From assembly GCA_002269645.1 (NCBI GenBank), contig NIVC01002823.1, positions 62,001 through 126,000 of the forward strand: a stretch of 64,000 nucleotides of DNA, read 5' to 3'. Below the pieces are notes generated by a model. That model saw only the letters and a list, made by a program, of their open reading frames with translations. It was not told the origin of the DNA and did no database searches. This document shows positions 14,501 through 28,100 of this stretch, in pieces. Position 1 is the stretch's first letter, and every line of letters begins with the position of its first letter. This DNA is from Macrostomum lignano. Its lineage: Eukaryota. A program made the position numbers and the translations under genes.

Positions 14501-17500
14501 CCAACTCACAACAAGCAACACCCAACTCACAACAAGCTACACCCAACTCACAACAAGCTACACCCAACTCACAACAAGATACACCCAACTCACAACAAGC
14601 TACACCCAACTAACAACAAGCTACACCCAACTCACAACAAGCTACACCCAACTCACAACAAGCTACACCCAACTCACAACAAGCTACACCCAACTCACAA
14701 CAAGCTACACCCAACTCACAACAAGCTAAACCCAACTCACAACAAGCTACACCCAACTCACAACAAGCTACACCCAACTCACAACAAGCTACACCCAACT
14801 CACAACAAGCTACACCCAACTCACAACAAGCTATACCCAACTCACAACAAGCTACACCCAACTCACAACAAGCTACACCCAACTCACAACAAGCTACACC
14901 CAACTCACAACAAGCTACACCCAACTCACAACAAGCTACACCCAACTCACAACAAGCTATACCCAACTCACAACAAGCTATACCCAACTCACAACAAGCT
15001 ACACCCAACTCACAACAAGCTACACCCAACTCACAACAAGCTACACCCAACTCACAACAAGCTACACCCAACTCACAACAAGCTACACCCAACTCACAAC
15101 AAGCTACACCCAACTCACAACAAGCTACACCCAACTCACAACAAGCTATACCCAACTCACAACAAGCTACACCCAACTCACAACAAGCTACACCCAACTC
15201 ACAACAAGCTACACCCAACTCACAACAAGCTACACTCAACTCACAACAAGCTACACCCAACTCACAACAAGCTACACCAACTCACAACAAGCTACACCCA
15301 ACTCACAACAAGCTACACCCAACTCACAACAAGCTACACCCAACTCACAACAAGCTACACCCAACTCACAACAAGCTACACCAACTCACAACAAGCTACA
15401 CCCAACTCACAACAAGCTACACCAACTCACAACAAGCTACACCCAACTCACAACAAGCTACACCCAACTCACAACAAGCTACACCCAACTCACAACAAGC
15501 TACACCCAACTCACAACAAGCTACACCCAACTCACAACAAGCTACACCCAACTCACAACAAGCTACACCAACTCACAACAAGCTACACCCAACTCACAAC
15601 AAGCTACACCCAACTCACAACAAGCTACACCCAACTCACAACAAGCTACACCCAACTCACAACAAGCTACACCCAACTCACAACAAGCTACACCCAACTC
15701 ACAACAAGCTACACCCAACTCACAACAAGCTACACCCAACTCACAACAAGCTACACCCAACTCACAACAAGCTACACCCAACTCACAACAAGCTACACCC
15801 AACTCACAACAAGCTACACCCAACTCACAACAAGCTACACCCAACTCACAACAAGCTACATCCAACTCACAACAAGCTACACCCAACTCACAACAAGCTA
15901 CACCCAACTCACAACAAGCTACACCCAACTCACAACAAGCTACACCCAACTCACAACAAGCTACACCCAACTCACAACAAGCTACACCCAACTCACAACA
16001 AGCTACACCCAACTCACAACAAGCTACACCCAACTCACAACAAGCTACACCCAACTCACAACAAGCTACACCCAACTCACAACAAGCTACACCCAACTCA
16101 CAACAAGCTACACCCAACTCACAACAAGCTACACCCAACTCACAACAAGCTACACCCAACTCACAACAAGCTACACCCAACTCACAACAAGCTACACCCA
16201 ACTCACAACAAGCTACACCCAACTCACAACAAGCTACACCCAACTCACAACAAGCTACACCCAACTCACAACAAGCTACATCCCAACTCACAACAAGCTA
16301 CACCCAACTCACAACAAGCTACACCCAACTCACAACAAGCTAACACCCAACTCACAACAAGCTACACCCAACTCACAACAAGCTACACCCAACTCACAAC
16401 AAGCTACACCCAACTCACAACAAGCTACACCCAACTCACAACAAGCTACACCCAACTCACAACAAGCTACACCCAACTCACAACAAGCTACACCCAACTC
16501 ACAACAAGCTACACCCAACTCACAACAAGCTACACCCAACTCACAACAAGCTACACCCAACTCACAACAAGCTACACCCAACTCACAACAAGCTACACCC
16601 AACTCACAACAAGCTACACCCAACTCACAACAAGCTACACCCAACTCACAACAAGCTACACCCAACTCACAACAAGCTATACCCAACTCACAACAAGCTA
16701 CACCCAACTCACAACAAGCTACACCCAACTCACAACAAGCTACACCCAACTCACAACAAGCTACACCCAACTCACAACAAGCTACACCCAACTCACAACA
16801 AGCTACACCCAACTCACAACAAGCTACACCCAACTCACAACAAGCTACACCCAACTCACAACAAGCTACACCCAACTCACAACAAGCTACACCCAACTCA
16901 CAACAAGCTACACCCAACTCACAACAAGCTACACCCAACTCACAACAAGCTACACCCAACTCACAACAAGCTACACCAACTCACAACAAGCTACACCCAA
17001 CTCACAACAAGCTACACCCAACTCACAACAAGCTACACCCAACTCACAACAAGCTACACCCAACTCACAACAAGCTACACCCAACTCACAACAAGCTACA
17101 CCCAACTCACAACAAGCTACACCCAACTCACAACAAGCTACACCCAACTCACAACAAGCTACACCCAACTCACAACAAGCTACACCCAACTCACAACAAG
17201 CTACACCCAACTCACAACAAGCTACACCCAACTCACAACAAGCTACACCCAACTCACAACAAGCTACACCCAACTCACAACAAGCTACACCCAACTCACA
17301 ACAAGCTACACCCAACTCACAACAAGCTACACCCAACTCACAACAAGCTACACCCAACTCACAACAAGCTACACCCAACTCACAACAAGCTACACCCAAC
17401 TCACAACAAGCTACACCCAACTCACAACAAGCTACACCCAACTCACAACAAGCTACACCCAACTCACAACAAGCTACACCCAACTCACAACAAGCTACAC

Positions 17501-18063
17501 CCAACTCACAACAAGCTACACCCAACTCACAACAAGCTACACCCAACTCACAACAAGCTACACCCAACTCACAACAAGCTACACCCAACTCACAACAAGC
17601 TACACCAACTCACAACAAGCTACACCCAACTCACAACAAGCTACACCCAACTCACAACAAGCTACACCCAACTCACAACAAGCTACACCCAACTCACAAC
17701 AAGCTACACCCAACTCACAACAAGCTACACCCAACTCACAACAAGCTACACCCAACTCACAACAAGCTACACCCAACTCACAACAAGCTACACCCAACTC
17801 ACAAGCTACACCCAACTCACAACAAGCTACACCCAACTCACAACAAGCTACACCCAACTCACAACAAGCTACACCCAACTCACAACAAGCTACACCCAAC
17901 TCACAACAAGCTACACCCAACTCACAACAAGCTACACCCAACTCACAACAAGCTACACCCAACTCACAACAAGCTACACCCAACTAACAACAAGCTACAC
18001 CCAACTCACAACAAGCTACACCCAACTCACAACAAGCTACACCCAACTAACAACAAGCTACAC
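11565..18063. repeat. 21-bp satellite, about 6.5 kb (about 310 units)
   Basis: Unit caactcacaacaagctacacc, with 18-bp deletion variants and point variants. Confidence 0.99.
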
Positions 18064-18626
18064 CTGGCTCAAACCGAGTTATTCAAACAATCTCAGCAAG
18101 TCTTACTGATCAGGGACAGTTCTATTTATAGCAACTTCATCCTCAGCTTCTCTGCTGCACTTATCAAAACTCAGCGTCTGTTTATTCAGCTGCAGCTCGA
18201 GATGGTGGCAGGAGCGCAGCCATGATGTCTGTCTAAGCCCAAGGAGCATGCAACGCCTGGCAGCTTTTCTGTCCTACAAGTCTTCCGGCTCCTAGATATC
18301 AACCGCTAATCCGGAAGGCTTTGCGATCTCGACTGCGCTTCGTCTCTAGAGCAGGTGAGTACCTCAGTTTCGCAGCCAGGTAGCTCCTGTAGACCCATTT
18401 ATCAGAGGCGGGGGCCGCGTGCACCCTGGCGCACTGCACTTTAAGCGACATTGTCACACAACCGGCGAGAGGCATTACTGCCGCCCATTCCGCCGACTCC
18501 CCAGAGCAGCGCGCGGATGCGTACGCAGTCATACGCACTGGTAGGTAGCTGGGTATGTACACTTCTCTGTGCCGTTAATTGCACGAGCAGAGCCAAGCCG
18601 AGATTCCAGTTTAGCTCCAAATTAAT

Positions 18627-18706
18627 GTGACTGCACTTGGAATCGAGCCTGGGCCGCTAGCACACCAGAGCACCGTGCTGGACCACTGGGCTACGGACCC
18701 CCCTCC
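18627..18706 (-). mobile_element. tRNA-derived head, probable SINE or tRNA pseudogene; body may extend to about 18330
   Basis: Minus strand ggggtccgTAGCCCAGTGGtcc...ccaGGCTCGATTCCaagtg has A- and B-box-like motifs at tRNA spacing, but no acceptor-stem pairing. Confidence 0.55.
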
Positions 18707-19750
18707 TGTAGACCCCAGCATCGGGAACTTGTCTTACAATTTGGTTCAGCCGATCAGCCGGTTCCGCTGTTTCGCATGCCGTCGTCAGCTGGGCCGATTC
18801 GGCCGTCTTGACGGATTTCGCGGCCAATTTGCGACTCTTTGAGAGACCAGTCGCTTGCAGTCAATGCAGGCGGAGCATTAGCCGGAGGGGGTAAAGCTGC
18901 GATCGCCAGACTTTTATCCCAGCTGGGCTGGGGAAAACACAACATTCGGAGAGGAGAGGAGAAGAGGAGGCCTTGCAAAGAGAAACGATGTGATTTGCCA
19001 GCTCGAGTCAGGGAGCGTGGCGAAGCGGTGGGGGTGGACAGCGGCTCTGTGGCGAGACAAGAGCGGCGATCGGGAGCGATTCAGTTTATGAGGATATGCC
19101 GGCTTTGCCTGCTAATCCGCTGCGAGGAAGGGAGGGAGAGAGGGAGGGAGAAAGGGAGGTGTCGGTGAGGATCTCGAAAAAGGCGGGATGAGGGGACGAG
19201 TCGGGTCCCCGGCCCTGCTCTGAGCAGCATGTCTGTGTGGCATCGCCAGAGCTATGGCTGAGTTACCTATTTTTCTCTGGCCCGGATGCGGCCTCAGTCC
19301 TGGTTGGACCATCTCACTGCTGGATGCCGGTCAACTGCCTGAACACGACTGTCTACCCCCCCCCCAGCATGCGTGTGCATATGATAATTGCTGACCATGA
19401 CTGTGAGCATTTGATTCATATGCTGTCAGGCCGCCTTGTTGTCAGGCCTGTGGGAGCTGAACAACTATGAATGAAGAGATACATAAACCGGGATTCTTAA
19501 TTAAAGGATGCGCAGTTTAATTTTGATAAACAATTTTGCTTGCCAGAAGACTTTGAGAAGAAGCCACTGATGAAAGAGCTTTGAGCAACACAAAATTTAT
19601 TTTTAAAAAAGTAGGCAATTTCAGTGACTTGAAACCTAAAAAAAGTAGAAATTCTATGTCTGTGAAAATCACTCAGTTCTTGGCATTCATTATAAGCAGA
19701 CTCCAGGGAATCTCGGAAACATTTCTAGCTTGAACTTACATTGGATGCCT

Positions 19751-20037
19751 ACGGGACTGAATGTCACTGCAGCCTAGACTCCCAATGGATGCACACGGGA
19801 CTGAATGTCACTGCAGCCTGGACTCCCAATGGATACACACCGGACTGAGTGTCACTGCAGCCTGGACTCCCAATGGATGCACACCGGACTGAATGTCACT
19901 GCAGCCTGGACTCCCAATGGATGCACACGGGACTGAATGTCACTGCAGCCTGGACTCCCAATGGATGCACACGGGACTGAATGTCACTGCAGCCTGGACT
20001 CCCAATGGATGCACGCGGGACTGAATGTCACTGCAGC
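19751..20037. repeat. 44-bp minisatellite, about 6.5 copies
   Basis: Unit cgggactgaatgtcactgcagcctggactcccaatggatgcaca. Confidence 0.96.
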
Positions 20038-20485
20038 TTTGCTGATCTTTCCATTTTTGTCTGCTGAATGCAGCAATTCTGTTCAAAGCTTTAAAATGTC
20101 GAAGAAATACAAAAAATTGTATCGGCCTTGCGAGCCCAAAGAAACTGCGCAAGGATGCGGTATTCGAGTTTCACCTGACCACTGAATCTGCAACATGAAA
20201 GCAATTAGACCTCAGCTCAGCCTGACCCCAGCCTATTATTATTATTCTTCATTTTCCTGGCCGCTTTCATCTTTCTAGGTTGCCATGTCAACACAGGTCC
20301 AGAACCCAGCAGAAGGCACTTGGCCCCCGAAAGCATGACGGCCTAGACACGGTGGTTTTGCATTTTTTGAAACTGCAAATTCTTTTTCTCGCTCATGCCC
20401 GGCCGCATATTTTCAGCCTCCCTAGGAAATCTCTGCAGATGATGGCGAATGGGGAAAAGGAGAATTTCCCGAACGGTTCCGATGC

Positions 20486-20486
<1 letters not shown>

Positions 20487-20524
<38 letters not shown>
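20487..20524. repeat. (AG)n microsatellite
   Basis: Direct observation. Confidence 0.95.
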
Positions 20525-20525
<1 letters not shown>

Positions 20526-21184
20526 GGTCTTAAGAAAGTACGAAGTCAGGAAGAGACTATCGCGGAGGAAATTCTTCGTGAGAAGGAGATCGGTGACCCG
20601 GTCTAGCGGACAGCAGATTCGGATCTGAAGAGGCTGCAGCGCATAGTTTAGAATAGAAAAACTGATGAGGAAGCGGTCCAGCCTCTCCTTGATCGGCGAT
20701 GTCGCTTTGCGATACGGGCTGGCTGGTTATAACGGTGATCGAAACGTTGAAGAATTACGAGTATCACACTGAGCAGCCAATGAGGAGCTTTGGCTCAGCC
20801 TTCTGAAGCTGTTGCAAGTCACGACAAGACAAACAAATAGGATAGCGGTGTAACAAAATTTTCTGCGAGGACTTCCTCACCCGCGGCAGCAGTTGACCCA
20901 CGGATTGCGGCCGCGCCAGAAGCTGGAAGATACTGCTATGGCTGCGCAGTAAAGTTCAAGCGCGTCCAGTAACCGCAGCAAACTGAATTACTGGTACACT
21001 TAAATATAATTTAGTGCAGAGGCACTTTGTCTAGTACTAGCACAGCTGTGGACGGCGGTTGGAGTGTCTTGTAAAGATTCAAGGCACTGGGCACTTGAGT
21101 AGCGGTTGGTTAAAAAATTTACTACATGTAATTTCAAGTTACATTTTCTTTTGCCCCTCCATTTGTCTATGGCCAAGACTGTGC

Positions 21185-22982
21185 TGAGACTCTCCGATGC
21201 AGTCCTGAGACTCCGATGCAGTCTTGAGACTCCGATTCATTTCTGAGACAGTCCTGAGACTCCGATGCAGTCCTGAGACTCCGATGCATTTCTAAGACAG
21301 TCCTGAGACTCCGATGCAGTCCTGAGACAGTCCTGAGACAGTCCTGAGACTCCGATGTAGTCCTGACACTCCGATGCAGTCGTGAGACTCCGATGCAGTC
21401 CTGAGACAGTCCTGAGACTCCGATGCAGTCCCGAGACAGTCCTGAGACTCCGATGCAGTCCTGAGACTCTCCGATGCAGTCCTGAGACTTTCCGATGCCG
21501 TCCTGAGACTCCGATGCAGTCCTGAGACTCTCCGATACGAGCGTACAGTCCTGAGACTCCGATGCAGTCCTGAGACTCCGATGCAGTCCTGAGACTCCGA
21601 TGCAGTCCTGAGACTCCGATGCAGTCCTGAGACTCCGATGCAGTCCTGAGACTCCGATGCAGTCCTGAGACTCCGATGCATTTCTAAGACAGTCCTGAGA
21701 CTCCGATGCAGTCCTGAGACAGTCCTGAGACAGTCCTGAGACTCCGATGTAGTCCTGACACTCCGATGCAGTCGTGAGACTCCGATGCAGTCCCGAGACA
21801 GTCCTGAGACTCCGATGCAGTCCTGAGACTTTCCGATGCCGTCCTGAGACTCCGATGCAGTCCTGAGACTCTCCGATACGAGCGTACAGTCCTGAGACTC
21901 CGATGCAGTCCTGAGACTCTCCGATACGAGCGTACAGTCCTGAGACTCCGATGCAGTCCTGAGACTCTCCGATACGAGCGTACAGTCCTGAGACTCCGAT
22001 GCAGTCCTGAGACTCTCCGATACGAGCGTACAGTCCTGAGACTCCGATGCAGTCCTGAGACTCTCCGATACGAGCGTACAGTCCTGAGACTCCGATGCAG
22101 TCCTGAGACTCTCCGATACGAGCGTCGGTCCTGAGACTCCGATGCAGTCCTGAGACTCTCCGATACGAGCGTACAGTCCTGAGACTCCGATGCAGTCCTG
22201 AGACTCTCCGATACGAGCGTACAGTCCTGAGACTCCGATGCAGTCCTGAGACTCTCCGATACGAGCGTACAGTCCTGAGACTCCGATGCAGTCCTGAGAC
22301 TCTCCGATACGAGCGTACAGTCCTGAGACTCCGATGCAGTCCTGAGACTCTCCGATACGAGCGTACAGTCCTGAGACTCCGATGCAGTCCTGAGACTCTC
22401 CGATACGAGCGTACAGTCCTGAGACTCCGATGCAGTCCTGAGACTCCGATGCAGTCCTGAGACTCTCCGATACAGTCCTGAGACTCCGATGCAGTCCTGA
22501 GACTCCGATGCAGTCCTGAGACTCTCCGATGCCGTCCTGAGACTCCGATGCAGTCCTGAGACTCTCCGATACAGTCCTGAGACTCCGATGCAGTCCTGAG
22601 AATCCGATGCAGTCCTGAGACTCCGATGCAGTCCTGAGACTCCTTTGCAGTCCTGAGACTCCGATGCAGTCCTGAGACTCCGGTGTAGTCCTGAGACTCT
22701 CCGATGCAGTCCTGAGACTCCGATGCAGTCCTGAGACTCCGATGCAGTCCTGAGACTCTCCGATGCCGTCCTGAGACTCCGATGCAGTCCTGAGACTCTC
22801 CGATACAGTCCTGAGACTCTCCGATGCAGTCCTGAGACTCCGATGCAGTCCTGAGACTCCGATGCAGTCCTGAGACTCCGATGCAGTCCTGAGACTCCGA
22901 TGCAGTCCTGAGACTCCGATGCAGTCCTGAGACTCCGATGCAGTCCTGAGACTCCGATGCAGTCCTGAGACTCCGATGCAGT
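21185..22982. repeat. Modular minisatellite, about 1.8 kb, built from 11-, 19-, 21- and 29-bp units
   Basis: Units gtcctgagaca, gtcctgagactccgatgca, gtcctgagactctccgatgca, gtcctgagactctccgatacgagcgtaca. Confidence 0.98.
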
Positions 22983-23889
22983 CTCTGCAGTCTCGTACTA
23001 ACAAGAGTCACTATTTAAAACACTGCACAGTTGAGTGCTTACCATTTTAATAGCCCTGTCGTTTCAGAACTTTCGAGGCCACAACTCCCCTGGTTTTATT
23101 GGGCCCTTTTCTGCCTTCAAGTGGACTTTTATCCTGAACAGACTCACCCCAGCCATGAAAAAAATATTTAATTTGGAGACTAGAAAAGCAAGCATGAAAT
23201 CTACGCCCTTGTCGTGCCGTGTTGTCACAGACGTTTTTAATTTAATTTTCCAAAGAATTGGCTCAGCTGAAGGGCTGTGCTGTTCTCTTCAGCTCACTTC
23301 AGTTTCCTGTATACGATAATTGAATCAAAGCAACTCGCATTTTCTACTGTAAAATATTTGACATCAATCGAATGGGACCGCCAAAGTCCCGGGTTCGAAT
23401 CCGTGTGCTCGCAGCACCTGGGGGCTTGTGCAGTATTCGGGCCAAGTCCCACCCTAAAGGATTGACTGAATGACTGAAATAAAATTAATTCCAACATTCG
23501 ATGTCGAATAGAGTTAAAAAATTTATCAGTGTAAAGGAAATACGCTGGAGAGATAGAAGAAGGGAATTAATTAATATTAACATGCTTCCCTGAGCAGCTT
23601 CAATACTTTCCGCGCTTTTTTAATTTGAGCGATTCAAGTCAATCAATTTGCGACTTTGAATTTAAATTCCAAATTCAATATCCCTCTTGAGTGACTCGCA
23701 GCTGAGGCTCAGAAGCTGCAAACAATGAGAGCCCGGCTTTTGCTCACAAATGATTCTGAGAGCTTTCCTGAGCAGATACTGCTTTATTGCTTCACTGGAC
23801 AGCCTCAAAATCTAATTTTATCCGCCAGAAATGCTACAGATGGCACGCTGCAGATTTAAAACGTTCCAACATCGGATTACAGCCTACCC

Positions 23890-24280
23890 ATTGATTACAA
23901 ATGGCACTTTATTCAGATTGATTACAGATGGCACTATATTCAGATTGATTACAAATGGCACTATATTCAGATTGATTACAAATGGCACCATATTCAGATT
24001 GATTACAAATGGCACTATATTCAGATTGATTACAAATGGCACTATATTCAGATTGATTACAAATGGCACTATATTCAGATTGATTACAAATGGCACTATA
24101 TTCAGATTGATTACAAATGGCACTATATTCAGATTGATTACAAATGGCACTATATTCAGATTGATTACAGATGGCACCATATTCAGATTGATTACAAATG
24201 GCACTATATTCAGATTGATTACAGATGGCACCATATTCAGATTGATTACAAATGGCACTATATTCAGATTGATTACAAAT
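23890..24280. repeat. 27-bp minisatellite, about 14 copies
   Basis: Unit ttgattacaaatggcactatattcaga. Confidence 0.97.
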
Positions 24281-24622
24281 GACAACCGTCAGTGCTCAAA
24301 TGGCACCCGTCAGTGTACAAATGGCACCCGTCAGTGCTCAAATGGCACCCGTCAGTGTACAAATGGCACCCGTCAGTGCTCAAATGGCACCCGTCAGGGT
24401 ACAAATGGCACCCGTCAGTGCTCAAATGGCACCCGTCAGTGTACAAATGGCACCCGTCAGTGCTCAAATGACACCCGTCAGTGTACAAATAGCACCCGTC
24501 AGTGTACAAATGGCACCCGTCAGTGTACAAATGGCACCCGCCAGTGTACAAATGGCACCCGCCAGTGTACAAATGGCACCCGTCAGTGTACAAATGGCAC
24601 CCGTCAGTGTACAAATGGCACC
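24281..24622. repeat. 21-bp minisatellite, about 16 copies, abutting the 27-bp array
   Basis: Unit acaaatggcacccgtcagtgt. Confidence 0.97.
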
Positions 24623-25118
24623 ATTCAAGTACAATATTCGCACAGCACCCCTCAGGCTGAATCTGACAGCTGTCATTCATACAAACCATTATCAATCATA
24701 ATTTTATTTTTAACTTGACCCAGCAGTACAGGTTGCGTTATTTCCGTCTAGATCAAAAAAGGCGCAGCGGCCAATCTACTTACCCCAGACTCCAGGCGCT
24801 CCATCAACTCCAATTATCAATAGAATAAAAGTTTGTGTAACCTGTGGCGCTTAGCAACCGGCCGGCTCACTCAGCTGATGTGCGCACGCGCGAATTCGAA
24901 CATCGCTGCTGCCGCATTCGGTTGATCAGGGAGACTGAGAGAGAGACAGACCGACTGCTGGGCCGCGGCATCTCTCAGCCTTTCGAGGTTAAGCATTTTA
25001 ACCCCCCCCCTATATCTCTCTCCTTTTCCCTGCCTTTAAAACTCCCCTCTCGCTGACCACTGACGCATCGGAACTGACAGGCCTGAATGGGGCGGCTAGC
25101 GAGGTGAGAGGAGATTCG

Positions 25119-25121
<3 letters not shown>

Positions 25122-25160
<39 letters not shown>
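25122..25160. repeat. (TG)n microsatellite, left flank of the DNA element
   Basis: Direct observation. Confidence 0.97.
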
Positions 25161-25164
<4 letters not shown>

Positions 25165-25165
25165 G

Positions 25166-28100
25166 CACGGGGCATTTGTTGGGCCATACGCATACAACGG
25201 GACCCGCACTGTTGGGCCAAAAAAATGTTGGGACTGTCCCATCAAGTCCGTCCAACACTTCCAAAAAACTTACAATAGCAGCTCAAAAAAATACTCTATG
25301 GATTCAGCTCGACAGCCTCTTTTTGATGGTGCAACTCATTTTTAATAATTTTACTTGCTGTGTCAATAAATAAGCAAAAACTGGCGTCCCAATAAGGAAA
25401 AATGATACAAAATTCGACCAAATCACTATTGGGACACTGAAATGGCTAATCTGCTCCCGCATATTTTTATTGGTTTTTTCTCATATTTTTACTAATAGTA
25501 GATTTCAAGCGCATTCATTTGCTGCAGTCTTTGTTTCAAGACGTAAATACATAGCATACATTAAAATACATACAAAGCAAAGCATAGCAAAACACTTTTA
25601 AGGGTATTTTATTGTCAAAGGATGGTTCTGGATGGAGATAAACCTAAAGAAATGACAAGGGCTTACATGTACTTCTGACTGTGATGGGCATCAGTACTCT
25701 ACACGAACTAAATTGTTAGGACAGTGTTGCAGTGTTGAATACAACAGCCCACTCTTGTTAGGACTCATGCTATTGACTGCTGCGCGCATTCGATATTCTA
25801 TAAATTGTTGGGACTGTGTGCTAGAGTGTCGTTTACAAAAGCCCACTCATATTAGGACTTACCCCGTACATGTTAGGACTAAGCCCTACCCCCCTGTGTA
25901 CATGGCTCCAATTTACCAGAGTCCCCTTGCTATTTAAGTGTACATTTATTTTGGTCTATTATTGACGCCACCCCGCAAACGTACGGTAAACAAAATTGGC
26001 ATGTACTCGCCATGCTGAAATCAATGGTCAACTCTGCCTCTGCCATGGCACCCGAGTCACCATGGTATGGAAAGAACAGCATGGAATGGCACAGCGATAA
26101 ACATGTAAGTGGTATTAAAAAACTTTGTCGGAAACAAGAAGCATTTATATTTAAATGCTATAAAAATACTGCTCCTGCTAAGCAGTACCTACCTTTACTT
26201 CAGGTATATCACCTTTGATCAACTGCCATGTGGCGCAATTGTCAAAGGATCCGTCGACTTTAACCGGTAAGCTGTAAAAGCTTTGAGTAAAACTTGACAT
26301 TTCGTCTGAATCCATTGACATTCAATAGCCTACGTGTCCAACCACAAAAATTATAAGTTTTGTACTTTTAACTCTCAGATCGGGTCTTAGCAGATTCTAT
26401 AGTTATGCATGCAAGGGCCCCTCAGAAGAGATGCTTAAACACTGCAGTGCATTTTTCCTAGCAATTATTGGGACACGAAGTGTTGGGCCACTGTGTGTGT
26501 GTCTAGTTTTTTCCGCATTTGTTAAGTCACCTAAAGAACTCAATTAATAAAGGGCTCCAGAACAAATTGATGGGCAAACGGATGACACACTGCACAGAGA
26601 CTTGTTGGGACAGATTAAAAACAGCTTATTTTAGAATGGGTACACTTTACTAAAGTAGAATGCTCCTATAGAAAGCTGCAAGCAAACTAGCATCTTCTGG
26701 AGCTGACATGCAGAGAAGAATGATTTTGTCGTCCTTGAAATCACTAAATCGATATGCGAAATCGATCTTTTGCTAATCCCACCACAGGTTCCAGTGAAAA
26801 GAAGAAACGAAACCCATTGACTAAATTGGCAGTCGACTCAATCGATGCCGACTGCAACTGACCTGTCAGCTTCGAACTCAGGAGAGCAGCTAATAGACTA
26901 CGAGAGTAATGCTAGATGCCAGAATGCTTCACAGCATCAAAGTCTTAAGCAGAAGCTTCAATGAAAGGTTAGTTCATGCTGTGGCTGCATTCGTTTTCGT
27001 GTCTAGAAGCGTTATAACTTTTTGTACTTTTAACTCTCAGATCGGGTCTTAGCAGATTCTATAGCTATGCATGCAAGGGCCCCTCAGAAGAGATGCTTAA
27101 ACACTGCAGTGCATTTTTCCTAGCAATTATTGGGACACGAAGTGTTGGGCCACTGTGTGTGTGTCTAGTTTTTTCCGCATTTGTTAAGTCACCTAAAGAA
27201 CTCAATTAATAAAGGGCTCCAGAACAAATTGATGGGCAAACGGATGACACACTGCACAGAGACTTGTTGGGACAGATTAAAAAACAGCTTATTTTAGAAT
27301 GGGTATACTTTACTAAAGTAGAATGCTCCTATAGAAAGCTGCAAGCAAACTAGCATCTTCTGGAGCTGACATGCAGAGAAGAATGATTTTGTCGTCCTTG
27401 AAATCACTAAACAGATATGCGAAATCGATCTTTTGCTAATCCCACCACAGGTTCCAGTGAAAAGAAGAAACGAAACCCATTGACTAAATTGGCAGTCGAC
27501 TCAATCGATGCCGACTGCAACTGACCTGTCAGCTTCGAACTCAGGAGAGCAGCTAATAGACTACGAGAGTAATGCTAGATGCCAGAATGCTTCACAGCAT
27601 CAAAGTCTTAAGCAGAAGCTTCAATGAAAGGTTAGTTCATGCTGTGGCTGCATTCGTTTTCGTGTCTAGAAGCGTTATAACTTTTTGTACTTTTAACTCT
27701 CAGATCGGGTCTTAGCAGATTCTATAGCTATGCATGCAAGGGCCCCTCAGAAGAGATGCTTAAACACTGCAGTGCATTTTTCCTAGCAATTATTGGGACA
27801 CGAAGTGTTGGGCCACTGTGTGTGTGTCTAGTTTTTTCCGCATTTGTTAAGTCACCTAAAGAACTCAATTAATAAAGGGCTCCAGAACAAATTGATGGGC
27901 AAACGGATGACACACTGCACAGAGACTTGTTGGGACAGATTAAAAAACAGCTTATTTTAGAATGGGTACACTTTACTAAAGTAGAATGCTCCTATAGAAA
28001 GCTGCAAGCAAACTAGCATCTTCTGGAGCTGACATGCAGAGAAGAATGATTTTGTCGTCCTTGAAATCACTAAATCGATATGCGAAATCGATCTTTTGCT

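Noticed and set aside
11444-17983. 655-aa HNKLHPT and many VACCELG ORFs
   Set aside because: Stop-free frames of the 21-bp satellite, with no unique coding context.
18627-18706. Functional tRNA gene
   Set aside because: The acceptor stem does not pair, so it was kept only as a SINE-like head.
21167-23011. 614- and 570-aa minus-strand ORFs
   Set aside because: Entirely minisatellite-derived.
23370-23415. B-box GGTTCGAATCC suggesting a tRNA gene
   Set aside because: No convincing A-box or cloverleaf; at most a small fragment.
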